Virus record (IMG/VR): IMGVR_UViG_3300011008_002750
Coordinates: 32,001 to 96,000 of that record
DNA length: 64,000 nucleotides
Reading direction: 5' to 3' (one strand)
Source of the DNA: a virus
Taxonomy: Duplodnaviria > Caudoviricetes
The first letter of the stretch is position 1. Each line of letters opens with the position of its first letter. The notes beneath the pieces are model-generated. The model was not told where the DNA came from. It saw nothing but the letters and a program-made list of their open reading frames with translations, and did not search any database. Shown here piece by piece: positions 36,290 to 47,260 of this stretch. A program made the position numbers and the translations under genes.

Positions 36290-37117
36290 ATGAAGAACTA
36301 TAATAACATATTAGAAGCAGTCAACAGAGGAATTCAACTAGCCCTTGATGACTTTGATGATGAAGAATAGATTTAGAATGTTAAATCTAAATAGATTAAT
36401 CATAGAGATTATACTAAAGACTATATAGATTTAATGAAAGATGTTGTTGATTTAGGTTTACCATCAAGGACTTTATGGTGTAAATATAATTTAGGTGTCA
36501 ATCCAAACCAATTAACTACGCCAGAAGACTGGTATGGCAGTTATTATGCTTGGGGTGAATTAGAAGGAAATAAAACTAATAAAGATGGAAAAATTTATTT
36601 TAGTTGGGATAATTATAAATTTGGAAAAGATTATGATAAAATAACTAAATATTGTAATAATTCTAATAATGGTTTAAATGGTTTTACCGATAATTTAACT
36701 CAACTATTACCAGAAGATGATACAGCCTATTAGACTAAAAAACTTCATAATTTCAAATTTCATATACCTACTAAAAAACAGTATGAAGAATTAAAGAATT
36801 GTACTCAAAATTATTGTGTTAAAAATTATAATCCAAATAAAACTATTCACGATCCAGAAGATGATAAAGGAATTCAAGGATTGAATGGCAGGGTATTTGA
36901 AGGATAGAATAGAAATTAGTTGTTTATTCCGAGTGCGGGTTTATGTAATGGTTTTAATAATATTAATAGCGGTATGTTCGGATACTTATGGACTTCAAAC
37001 CTTCGCTTAGATAATTCTAACTATGCTTACTACTTATTATCATATTCAGACCATTTAGGTATTTATAATAATTATCGTTGTCATGGTTATAGCGTTCGTC
37101 CAGTAATAAATTTATAA
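36290..37117 (+). CDS. N-terminal module + C-type-lectin-fold (Fib_succ_major/DUF1566-like) protein
   Basis: VDLGLPS.TLW..YNLG..G.YYAWGE..PT..Q..EL..FIPSAG..YLWTS..G.SVRPV. Confidence 0.8.
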
Positions 37118-37135
37118 AATGAAAACTAAGTAAAA

Positions 37136-37699
37136 ATGAATGACCAGTATAAAAGAACACATGCTCCAAGAAAAAGTGAGAATGTAAAATATCATCAAGG
37201 GTATTATATTCCTGAACATCCAGAAAAATGGTTAACGTAGGATGTAATATATAGAAGTTCTTGGGAATTTTTATTTTGTAGATGGTGCGATCAAAATCCA
37301 TCAGTATTAAAAGTTGCATCAGAACCTATTGGAATTAAATATTTAGATCCAACAGGAAATATAGAATACTGTATGAAACATAATTTAGATTCAACTAATC
37401 CGCAAAATTGGAAGGCCCGAACATATTATACGGATTTTTGGATTGAAATAGCAGATGAAACAAAACCAGATGGAAAGAAAAGAATTTTTATAGAAATAAA
37501 ACCATATGATTAGACATAGTGCCCAAAACCACTAACTGAATCTGCAACATTAAAAGAACATAAAGCATATAATAGAGCTGCACAAACATATTTAACCAAT
37601 ATTTCTAAATGGACCGCCGCCAGGAAATACTTTGAAGAAAGAGGTGCAGAATTTATGGTAATAACAGAAAGAACACTACAACAATTAGGATTATTATGA
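37136..37699 (+). CDS. gp4: head completion nuclease, T4 gp4-like
   Basis: YHQGYYIPEHPEK..YRSSWE..CRWCDQNP..SEP..YYTDF..IEIKP..KW.AA; missed by track because of TAGs. Confidence 0.85.
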
Positions 37700-38514
37700 A
37701 AAACTATAATAAAATATTAGAAGCAGTAAACAGAGGTATTCAACTAGCATTAGATGACTTTGAAGATGAAGAACAAGTTTAGAATATCAGGTCTAAATAG
37801 ATTTAGAATAGAGACTATACTAAAGAATATTTGGATTTTATAGAAGATGTCATTGATCTTGGCCTTCCTTCGGGAACATGTTGGTTTAAATATAATTTTG
37901 GTGTTAATTATAAAAAACTAGATAAAACTCCAGAAGATTCTATTCCAGAAGATTGGTTTGGTGATTATTACGCTTGGGGTGAATTAGAGCCAAAAGATGA
38001 ATATACTAGAGATAATTATAAATTTTATGTTAAAAATTATCGGTCATATGATAGATATGCTGGAGAATATTTGTTAACAAAATACTCACGTGCTGCAGAA
38101 TATTCCTTTAATAACAAAACTGATAATTTATTTTAGTTATAGAATGAGGATGATGTTATATATCAAAAATTTAATAATCCTGCTAGTATTAAATTTGGTA
38201 TTCCAACTAAAGATCAATTTAAAGAATTAGCAGAATATACAACAAAGAAATTACAACATGATTATAATGGGGTAAATGGTCTATATGGATTATTATTTAC
38301 ATCTAAAATAAATGGCAATTCTGTATTTTTTCCGGGAGCAGGTTATTATGATGGACAATTATTAGATGATAAAAATTTAGTAATATTATGGACATCAATA
38401 TCAGATTCTTCACATTATGCAACATATTTTTATGGAAATAATAGTAAACCATTTTTATCTAATACTAGATTTTGTGGAATGCCAGTTCGCCCAGTAGTTA
38501 TACTAAAAAACTAA
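37696..38514 (+). CDS. N-terminal module + C-type-lectin-fold protein (paralog of 36290)
   Basis: IDLGLPSGTCW..GDYYAWGE..FFPGAG..LWTS..GMPVRPV. Confidence 0.8.
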
Positions 38515-38543
38515 ATATATTGAGAATAATATAATAATTATTA

Positions 38544-38573
38544 GTTATAGAATTTACAGATTGTATAACTTTT
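38544..38573. repeat. solo copy of the IS left-end hairpin (29/30 identical to 14201-14230)
   Basis: GTTATAGAATTTACAGATTKTATAACTTTT. Confidence 0.75.
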
Positions 38574-38596
38574 ATATAAAATAATAATTTATAATT

Positions 38597-38824
38597 ATGG
38601 ACGAAACTACAAGTGCACACCCACACAAATTTGGTATTAATGATTTATCAGCTAACGAACAAGTATATGTTAAAGGCCATTTATTGGAATTAATTGGAAA
38701 AGCAATGCAAGCGGTATCAGAAGCATGTCATTATGCAAAAGATGTAAATCTTTTAGATTCACAAGATTATTTGAATTTTGAAGATACATTAAATTAGATA
38801 TCTATTATGGATCCTAATAAATAA
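38597..38824 (+). CDS. hypothetical protein
   Basis: Extends past TAG 38795 to TAA 38822. Confidence 0.6.
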
Positions 38825-38850
38825 TTAAATAAAAAGACTATATTAGCATT

Positions 38851-40704
38851 ATGGCTAAAAAATATATATTAAGATCATTTAAACCCGGTGAGTAGAATCA
38901 TAATCATGTTAATCCATTGATTAATCTTTCATCATTCGGTTTGCAAAGTAACCAAAGTATTATGAAAAATGCTTTGGCTATTAGTGCTTCATAGACTCGT
39001 AATGGAATGATGGATGATCAACTCAATCCTAATTATTATGATGCAACCGGAACAAATAGATTTACAAAATATAAAGATTTAACAAAGAATCAATCATCTA
39101 ATTATGCGTATTATGACATGACATATGCAACTCGTTGTCAATATTGCAGACAACTTGCACGGGATGTTGAAATTAACTTTATATTAGAAACTATTTGTAA
39201 TGAGGCAATTGTAAATGATGAAAACGGACAATTTGCTCACCTCAACCTTGACAAACTTAAATTATATCTCAATAAAGGATACGACAATAAGAAAACAAAT
39301 ACCAACGCAGACAAATTAATCAATGATTGCAAAATTGCATTCAATAGAGTTTATTCTGCATTTGGTTGGGAAAACAATAGTGGTGCTTGGAACTATTTCA
39401 AAAAATTCTTAGTTGACGGATTCCTTGCATTTGAAATTGTTTTTGATGACAAGCATAAAAATATTATTGGTATTTTGAATCTTGATCCAACTACTCTTCA
39501 ACCAGATATTCAAGTGACAGAAGACGGGCAAGAATTGTTTATTTGGTACCAATTCAAAGGCGCAGCAAATCAAAGAAAAATTCCAAATTCAAATATAATT
39601 TATATTTCATGGGGTGACTTAGGAGATACTAGAAATACTAATATTTCATATGTTGAAGGTTTGACTCGCCCATTTAATATGTTGAGACAATTAGAAAACT
39701 CTCACTTGATTTGGAATATTCAAAATGCTCAAAACCGTGTAAAAATCACTGTTCCTGTAGGTGAACTTTCAGATGCACGTATCAAACAACGTGTCAGTGA
39801 AATTTATGCAGACTATGCAGAAGAAGTAACGATGGACGATATGTCTGGACAAATGCTTGTCAATGGTGAACCTAAATTCAATTTCCAAAAAACTTATGTA
39901 TTTGAGGATCGTGGAGGACAAGCAATTCAAATGGATACTGTTAAAGGTGATGGATACAATATGAATACTACAGAAGAACTTCAATATTTCTGGCGTAAAT
40001 TTATATTGGAATCCCAAGTTCCTGCAAACCGTTTCAATTTGAATATTTCACAAGCACCTAATAATGCTTTAGTTGGTGATGCTAATGTGACTCGTGAAGA
40101 ATACGCATTCTCTCGTTTTATTGGACGTGTTCAAAATGCATTCAAAGAAATTCTTCTCAAACCATTATTGGTTCAAATTTGTTTCATGCATCCGGAATTT
40201 TCATATACTGATATTCTTAAACAAGGTTTAGGTATTGAATATAATGAAGAAAATGTATTTGCATTAGCTAAAAAGCGTGCAGCTATTACTGAAGGTGCTA
40301 ATACAGTTTCTACATTACTTGGACTACAAGGCCCTGATGGAAAACCATATTTTGCACTTGATTTCTTAGTTAAAGAATATTTAGGATTGTCAGATCAAGA
40401 TATTGAAACTAACCAAAAGTATAAGGAAGCTGAAATTCTTAAACAAATAGAGTTGGCTAAGTTAATGAAGAAACAACAAGCTGACGCAGCTGCTAATGCT
40501 CCACAACAACCAGGAGGTGATATGGGTGGCGGAATGGACATGGGTGGAGGCGGAATGAACTTCGGTACCAATGATGTTATGAGCGGTGGAGAATTCGGTG
40601 GCCCTGATATGGGTGGCGGAATGGACATGGGAGGCAGTGAAGCACCTGCTCCAGAAGCCCCGGCTCCAGAAGCACCAGCACCTGAAGGTGGTGAAACAAT
40701 GTAA
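38851..40704 (+). CDS. gp20: portal vertex protein gp20
   Basis: EINFILETICNEAIV, FLVDG, NMLRQLENS.LIW, VP.NR, TREEYAFSRFI; two TAGs in the first 50 codons; Gly/Met/Pro tail. Confidence 0.9.
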
Positions 40705-40868
40705 TATAGAACATTATAATAAAAGCCTCACTAAGTGCCCTAGATTCATTTCTGGGACACTTTTATTATTAAAATAATAATTTATATATAGAAACAAAAA
40801 TAATGCAATAGAAGCAAAATAAACAATTTGTTTAATAAATAATAAAATTATTAAAGTGTTTAATAAAA

Positions 40869-41582
40869 ATGGCAACAATAAAAGGAACATCTAATGCACT
40901 TGGAAATTTAATTAATAAAATTAATGCGGGTTCTGGAACGTCAGCACCAGTTTCTTCTGGTTTTGGTGGAACACCTATAGACATAGATGATTCTATTCCA
41001 ACTAATATGCTGAATCCTGAACCAGTTTTCAAAATTAATTATAAATCAACAGAAAAACAGTGCATTAAAAAGGCAAAAGAACAATTAATGAAAATTGTTA
41101 GAGAAGTTGTACCAACTATTTTGCAGAATTCAACAATGATTCTTGATAAAGTAGAACAAGATGCAGAACAACTTGGACATATGTATTATGAATCTATTAG
41201 AACAGACAAAGTGATTCAAGCAAATATGGATGCACTTGGACGAGGTGAAATATCTCCAAGATTATTTGAAGTTTATGCTAAACTTTCTAAACAACAATCT
41301 GATTTAGCACAACAAATAACAATAGTGCAAAACAACATGCGTAAGAATTATATAGATACATATTTGGATTTGCAACAAAAAGATAATGCAGAAGAAAACT
41401 TAGCTATTGGAACATCAAAACGTACAGCAGAAATGCCTGCATTAGAAGAAATTAAAGAGGAACCACAAAAATTAGAAAATGTAATAATGGGAACTGGAAA
41501 TGTAGCTAAGATGCTTCAAGAAAAAAAGAAGCAAGCACTAATTGCTAAATTCCAAGAAGTTAAAGATGATGAAGAAAAATAA
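40869..41582 (+). CDS. probable terminase small subunit, gp16-like
   Basis: SPRLFEVYAKLSK and C-terminal NVIMGT..KML resemble gp16 motifs; adjacent to portal. Confidence 0.55.
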   Translation: MATIKGTSNALGNLINKINAGSGTSAPVSSGFGGTPIDIDDSIPTNMLNPEPVFKINYKSTEKQCIKKAKEQLMKIVREVVPTILQNSTMILDKVEQDAEQLGHMYYESIRTDKVIQANMDALGRGEISPRLFEVYAKLSKQQSDLAQQITIVQNNMRKNYIDTYLDLQQKDNAEENLAIGTSKRTAEMPALEEIKEEPQKLENVIMGTGNVAKMLQEKKKQALIAKFQEVKDDEEK

Positions 41583-41583
41583 T

Positions 41584-41610
41584 AAATGCTAGGAAATTTC
41601 CTAGCATTTA
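41584..41610. terminator. bidirectional terminator
   Basis: TAAATGCTAGGAAA/TTTCCTAGCATTTA palindrome. Confidence 0.7.
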
Positions 41611-41616
41611 TTATAA

Positions 41617-41763
41617 TTAAGATACTGCTTCTTCTTTTAATATTTTGCATTTACTTTCAGATGGATTTGTTTTTGGATCTACACCATTCCAAATAACAGC
41701 TGGACGGGCAGTTTGTGTATATGTATCAAATTCTGCAGTGATGACTTTCTTAAGGTATTTCAT
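41617..41763 (-). CDS. small hypothetical protein, 48 aa
   Basis: MKYLKKVITAEFDTY..; ATAAATA upstream, terminator downstream. Confidence 0.5.
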   Translation of the reverse strand: MKYLKKVITAEFDTYTQTARPAVIWNGVDPKTNPSESKCKILKEEAVS

Positions 41764-41821
41764 ATCCTTTCTAATTTATTTTTTCTTTTTATATTTATTT
41801 TATTTTTATTGAGAAAAATTT

Positions 41822-41863
41822 AGCTTCTATTTTTTTATTTAAGAAAAATGTATTATTTTTGCA
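41822..41863 (+). promoter_or_regulatory. early promoter with Bacteroidota -7 element (TAnnTTTG)
   Basis: AGCTTCTATTTTTT...GTATT..TTTTGCAT block repeated at 61888-61930. Confidence 0.65.
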
Positions 41864-41908
41864 TTGTAATTAAAAAAGATAATATTAACCCTTTAAACAA
41901 TATAAGCT

Positions 41909-42241
41909 ATGACAACTGCAAATCTTCGTTCAATTATGAATCTCGCTTGGAAATTCGTAAAAGAGAATAATATGTCAATGAGTGAAGCACTTAAAGTTGC
42001 ATGGAAAAATGCAAAGCTTTACAGAGCAATGTGTAAATCTACCGCAACTTTCACTTTCCGCAAAGTTGATGGAACTCTCCGCCATTCTACAGGAACTCTC
42101 AGTGTTCAGGTTATTCCATCTCATTGTATTCCTGCAGGTGTTTATCCACATGCAAAGAACAGCAATCGCCAGACATATTTTGATATAGACAAACAAGAGT
42201 GGCGTTCATATAAGCGTGAAAATTTAATTTCAATTTGTTGA
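41909..42241 (+). CDS. DUF2693-like SH3 beta-barrel protein
   Basis: SEALKVAW..FRKVDGTLR..GTL..YFDIDKQEWRSYK. Confidence 0.8.
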   Translation: MTTANLRSIMNLAWKFVKENNMSMSEALKVAWKNAKLYRAMCKSTATFTFRKVDGTLRHSTGTLSVQVIPSHCIPAGVYPHAKNSNRQTYFDIDKQEWRSYKRENLISIC

Positions 42242-42288
42242 AACAATCTCGCTTTTTATTCTATAATTATTAACAAAATGGTAATATT

Positions 42289-42954
42289 ATGACAAAACTT
42301 ACGCAAGAACAAATTCAAGCAAATAAAATAGAGTTTATTAATCTCCTCCGTTCAACAGGGCGCGAAGGGATTGAAACTTTGATTAATTGGTTGGAAACTA
42401 AATCAGATTTTTTCACCGCACCGAGTTCTACTATATATCATGGAAACTATGATGGTGGTTTATGTCAACATAGTTTAAATGTATATAAATCAGCTAAAGA
42501 GTTTATTAAAAACAGTCAAACAACTGCTCTTAAAGAATATGAGCTTGACAAAATTTCTGATACATCTATTATTATTGCTGCACTTTTACATGATTTATGC
42601 AAAACAAATTTTTATGTAAAGGAGTATAAGAATTTTAAAGATGAAGCAACTAATACTTGGAAAAAATATCAGACATATAAATGTGTAGATAATTTTCCGC
42701 TTGGGCATGGAGAAAAGTCAGTTATTATGATTCAAAATTTCATTAGATTGACAGCATCTGAGATTATTGCTATTCGTTGGCATATGGGAATTTTTGATCC
42801 AGGCGCATTTATGTCTCCATATGAGGGGCCTGCACTGAAACGTGCAACAGACGATTGCCCACTATTGAATATTCTTCAAATTGCTGATTATTATGCATCA
42901 CATTTGATGGAGTATACTATAGACCAAAAAGTTGAAAATATTGTTTTTTATTAA
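42289..42954 (+). CDS. HD-domain phosphohydrolase
   Basis: FFTAPSS..HG..GGL.QHS..LLHDLCK..GHGEKS..IRWHMG..AD. Confidence 0.9.
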   Translation: MTKLTQEQIQANKIEFINLLRSTGREGIETLINWLETKSDFFTAPSSTIYHGNYDGGLCQHSLNVYKSAKEFIKNSQTTALKEYELDKISDTSIIIAALLHDLCKTNFYVKEYKNFKDEATNTWKKYQTYKCVDNFPLGHGEKSVIMIQNFIRLTASEIIAIRWHMGIFDPGAFMSPYEGPALKRATDDCPLLNILQIADYYASHLMEYTIDQKVENIVFY

Positions 42955-42958
42955 AAAT

Positions 42959-42983
42959 AAAGAGCTCTTTTGGAGCTCTTTTT
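42959..42983. terminator. bidirectional terminator
   Basis: AAAGAGCTC/GAGCTCTTT. Confidence 0.7.
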
Positions 42984-42985
42984 CA

Positions 42986-44059
42986 TTATGGAAGTAATTT
43001 AATATAATCATTTAACTATTCAATACATTTATCTAAATCACAAGAAAATATTTCTAAATAATTTAAATTATTCTATTTTGCAATATTTCTTTTATTAACA
43101 TCTCTAATAGTCCATATATTACATGCACAACTATAAAATTTGGTATTTTTTTCTTTCCAATAATTTAATTTATCTATATCTTCCTAATTATTTTCATCAA
43201 ATGGATGATTACCATGCATCCATGTCCCTTGAATTTCAATATATAAATCTAAACTTTTAATATAAAAATCACAATTAAATGGATATACTTCAGATCTATA
43301 TTGATATTCAAAATTATTTGGATAATTTTATTCTAAATATTCTTTAAATTCTTGTTCTATTTTAGATGAATTAATTGTTCCATTTTTAATTTTAGTTTGA
43401 AAAGATTTATGTCTTGCATCTAAAGATATTGCTAACTACCGACATTTTGGAGTATTAAAATATGTAGAAACTCCATATTTTTCAATACATGTTTGTTTTT
43501 GTTTTTCAACAAATTCTGATTTTTGAGATGGATGGTAAACACCATTATTTGCATAACATGTATTATACATTTTCTATTTAATTATTTCAGCTTTTGCCGG
43601 ATTATCTACACCATATTTCTTAATCCATGTTTGTTTTGATTTAATTTTATAATTTAATGTTTTAAATTGCTATTTATTTCCATATATTTTTAAATTTGTA
43701 TCTTCTTTTCTTTTCTTGGTTACATCATCATTTGCTGCACATTTAGGTGAACAGTGCATATAATATCCTTTAGCAAAATTATAATATTTTTGTAATCCTC
43801 CACAGACTGGGCAAATTGGATGAATATCAATATGATGATATATTCTATATATTATTTCACTATACGAATTACTATCATTATAACGTTCATCTAAATATTT
43901 TTTAATATCATTATATTTTTCAAGCCACTAATGAGTAAGTTGATATAAATTTAAAGTAGTTTCATTTTTAACAAAAATTTCAATAATAGTATTATCATTT
44001 ATTTCATCATAAAAATATTCATACTACCTAATTTTTTTATTGTAAATTTTTTGTACCAT
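42986..44059 (-). pseudogene. modular Vsr-like endonuclease A (Zn ribbon + KYG repeats) with in-frame TAA at 43328-43330
   Basis: CPVC..HCSPKC, KQTCIEKYGV repeats, CDFY..YIEIQGTW.HG; TAA aligns with CAA in paralog B. Confidence 0.8.
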
Positions 44060-44200
44060 ATTTGTCAGGGGTTTATTTTTATATAAAATATCCTATATAG
44101 ATACTTATAGGCCCTGACCCCTACTTTCTCTATATAGGATATTTATAAATTTATTAATAAACTATTAATTATAATAATGTCAGGGTTAATAGTTTATTCT
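44060..44200 (-). ncRNA. structured 5' leader of endonuclease A
   Basis: 13-bp and 16-bp perfect stems, GAAA/AAGUA internal loop, 8-nt loop complementary to two CCCUGAC copies. Confidence 0.65.
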
Positions 44201-44221
44201 TTTTATTATTTATTTCAAAAA

Positions 44222-44959
44222 TTATGGAAGTGTATACATATTTGGAACTTTATTCAACTTAGTGAACCATTCTTTACACTACTCAATGTCACGGTTAGCC
44301 TCATCAACTATTCCCGACATTTGAATGGTGATGCCACCAACTAGATTTGTTGAAAATACAGTCATTAGTTTATTTGCCTATAATTTGCAATGTGCAGAAA
44401 TCCATTTTTGAACCCAGACATTATCAAATAATTCTTGCTCTGGAACTTTAACTTTTAACCCGCAGAAAACATTAACTCTCGGATCATGACCAAGAACCAA
44501 TAATTCATGTTGAACATAATTCCATCTATGTTGAATATCTACTAATGTAAATTGTTTAAGCTGATCCCATGCACTCCAAGATATAGTTCTGAATGCAACA
44601 GAATCCATGTTCATTAAAGAACCTAGCCATAAATCAGACATAAATGCTTTATTGAAACCAAAATCAGGATCCATAATTCCAAACATTGCATTTCTATGTT
44701 TCATTTCTTGGAATCTAGTAACAGCAACTACGCAATCAGGGAATGCAATTTTTCTATTTTTTCTGAATTCTGGAGTCCAAAATAATCCTGCCGGAATGAT
44801 AAAGAAATCTTCTTCCGTCGCATCCGGATCAAGTTCTAGTAATTGTTTTAACTCTCTATCTATAATTCTCTCATATGTTGCATCAGGTATATTAATTTGG
44901 ATAGCCCCATCCATTGTTACATCAGCCTTTAACCAATTTTTAAATTCTTCTCTAGTCAT
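44222..44959 (-). CDS. gp13: neck protein gp13-like
   Basis: C-terminal WVQKW..KLQ..NLVGGITIQ..IVDEANRDIE matches the gp13 pattern once TAG=Q. Confidence 0.75.
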
Positions 44960-45009
44960 TATAAAAAACTAATATTTTTATATTTATTTTTGAAATAAAT
45001 ATAATGTAA

Positions 45010-45164
45010 TAAATTATTATTTTCTCCTACAATTAAAACTTAATTTGTTTTAATTTATATAATAATTAAAAATATTAAAGTTCTTTTTTATAGAAAGCAG
45101 GGTAGGAGCTGTAAGTATATAATTAAGAACTTTATTTTATTATAAAAATAAACTCCTACAAATT
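45010..45164 (+). ncRNA. structured 5' leader of endonuclease B
   Basis: Same architecture as leader A with key CUCCUAC/GUAGGAG. Confidence 0.65.
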
Positions 45165-46442
45165 ATGAATGAAAAAGAGTATATAGAAGATTATAATTTA
45201 TTAAACGATGAATATATATTGAGTGTATTTATTAATAATGGTAAATTCCTTATTAGACGATATGATTCATTTTTAAATAAGCATGATGCTATTAAAAAAT
45301 ATATTGAAAATAGATATTCAGATTCTCAATCTATATAGGAAACATTATATAGAATGATTAATAATATTGAAATCCGCCCAATATGTAAAAGTTGTGGTAA
45401 ACCGGTTAGCTTTAATGGTTATAAAGGGGGTTTCTCTATATTTTGTTGTTCAAAATGTGCATCAAATGATCCAGAAGTAAAGCAAAAAGTAATGCAAACG
45501 TCTTTAATAAAATATAATACATTATATCCTAGCTAGAATAAAGAAGTTAAACAAAAATAGTCAAAAACAATAAATAGTAAATCAATTGAATAGAAAAAGT
45601 AGGCAAGTAATAAAGTAAAAAAGACTAAATTATTAAAATATGGTGATGAAAATTATAATAATCATGAAAAAACATCTTAGACCAAATTATTAAAATATGG
45701 TAATGAAAATTATAATAATTCAGAAAAATAGAAATAGACATGCATTGCTAACAATGGAGGTATTGGATTTTAGTCAGAAAAAATAAAAGAAAAATATATT
45801 AAAACTTGTTAGTAGTTATATGGATGTGACGATGGAAGTAAATCTCAAATAGCTATTAATAAATTTAAAACTACATGGAAATCAAAAACAACAGAAGAAG
45901 TTGCAAATATAGTTAAAAAACAACAAAATACATGTTTACTATTATATAATGAAACAAGCTATACTAAAACACTAGAATATCGTAAATTTGTTTCTAATAT
46001 GGTATCATCACAAGAATATTAGGAACATCAATTATATATTAAAAAATTAAGAGGAACAGTTAATTCATCAAAAGTAGAATAGCAATTTAAAGAATATCTA
46101 GAACAAAATTATCCAAATGATTTTGAATATCAATATAGATCAGAATTATATCCATTTAATTGTGATTTTTACATAAAGTCATTAGATTTATATATTGAAA
46201 TAAATGGTTCTTGGACACATGGTGGTCATCCATTTGATGAAAATAATTAGGAAGATATAGATAAATTAAATTTATGGAAATCTAAAAATACATAGTATTT
46301 CAATAATGCTATTAATACATGGACTATTAGAGATGTCAAAAAACGAAATATGTCAAAAGAAAATAATTTAAATTATTTAGAAATATTTACAAAATATGCA
46401 GATGAAGCAATAAAACAATTTAATGAATATATAAAACATTAA
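45165..46442 (+). CDS. modular Vsr-like endonuclease B (intact, 425 aa)
   Basis: CKSC..CCSKC, KTKLLKYG repeats; C-terminal domain nearly identical to A; open with TAG=Q. Confidence 0.8.
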
Positions 46443-46454
46443 ATTGTTTTATTT

Positions 46455-47258
46455 TTATATTTTAGTGAACCAATCTCTTTGAGAAACTTTTCCATTTTTA
46501 ATATCAATAACTACATTTAAGCAACCATTAGTACTAATAGTTGATTTAAATTTTTGCCCATTAAAATAAAAACTATTTCCAATTAACTATCCAATATAGG
46601 TTCCGTCTCCTAATGATTCTATTGGTTTTCCATTTTCTTCTTCATCTTTGATTCTTTGAGATTCTTTTTCTTCTAATTCTCTTTTTAATTTCATTTCACC
46701 AATATAAACATCTTTGAAGTATTTAGAGGCTTCTTCAAAATCATCAAATAAAACGTCACCTTCTTCAGGAGAACAATCCATCATTTTTCCATTTATATTG
46801 ACAACATATTGTGCAGATTGAGTGTTAGAAACAAATTTCATATCATCATATTTAGTTAAAAATATCTCATGAGGGCCATCTTCCATTAAAATATAATATA
46901 TTGTTGCAACTTTATTAATTCCATCTTTCCATTTTCCAATATATCCATCATCTAAATTAGATTCTCCACCAAAATATTTTACCATCTATAATTTAGCATA
47001 ATGATTTTTGTCTCTATATTTTTGGACAACTAGAGGATCTGTCATATATAATGGATGCTCACCGTATGTTCCTTCACATGGCATAAAACTTCCACCATAA
47101 CAGAATTCAACATCACCTGACAAATCTTTGTCTTCCTCTTCTATTGGCAAATTATTCATTCCATGAAACAAAAGATTAGACATCTTTCTAGCAGATGATT
47201 GCATTGGACCACCTGGACCAACTATTTTGTCTTTAACAACTTTATAAATATATCTCAT
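46455..47258 (-). CDS. hypothetical protein
   Basis: Two track ORFs joined across TAGs to TAA 46455. Confidence 0.7.
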
Positions 47259-47260
47259 AA

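Noticed and set aside
40500-40700. GC-rich repeats as a non-coding element
   Set aside because: They encode the Gly/Met and APEAP low-complexity tail of the portal.
44060-45164. Leaders as known self-cleaving ribozymes (hammerhead, HDV/theta, twister)
   Set aside because: Catalytic core consensus sequences were not found by inspection; kept as an unknown motif.
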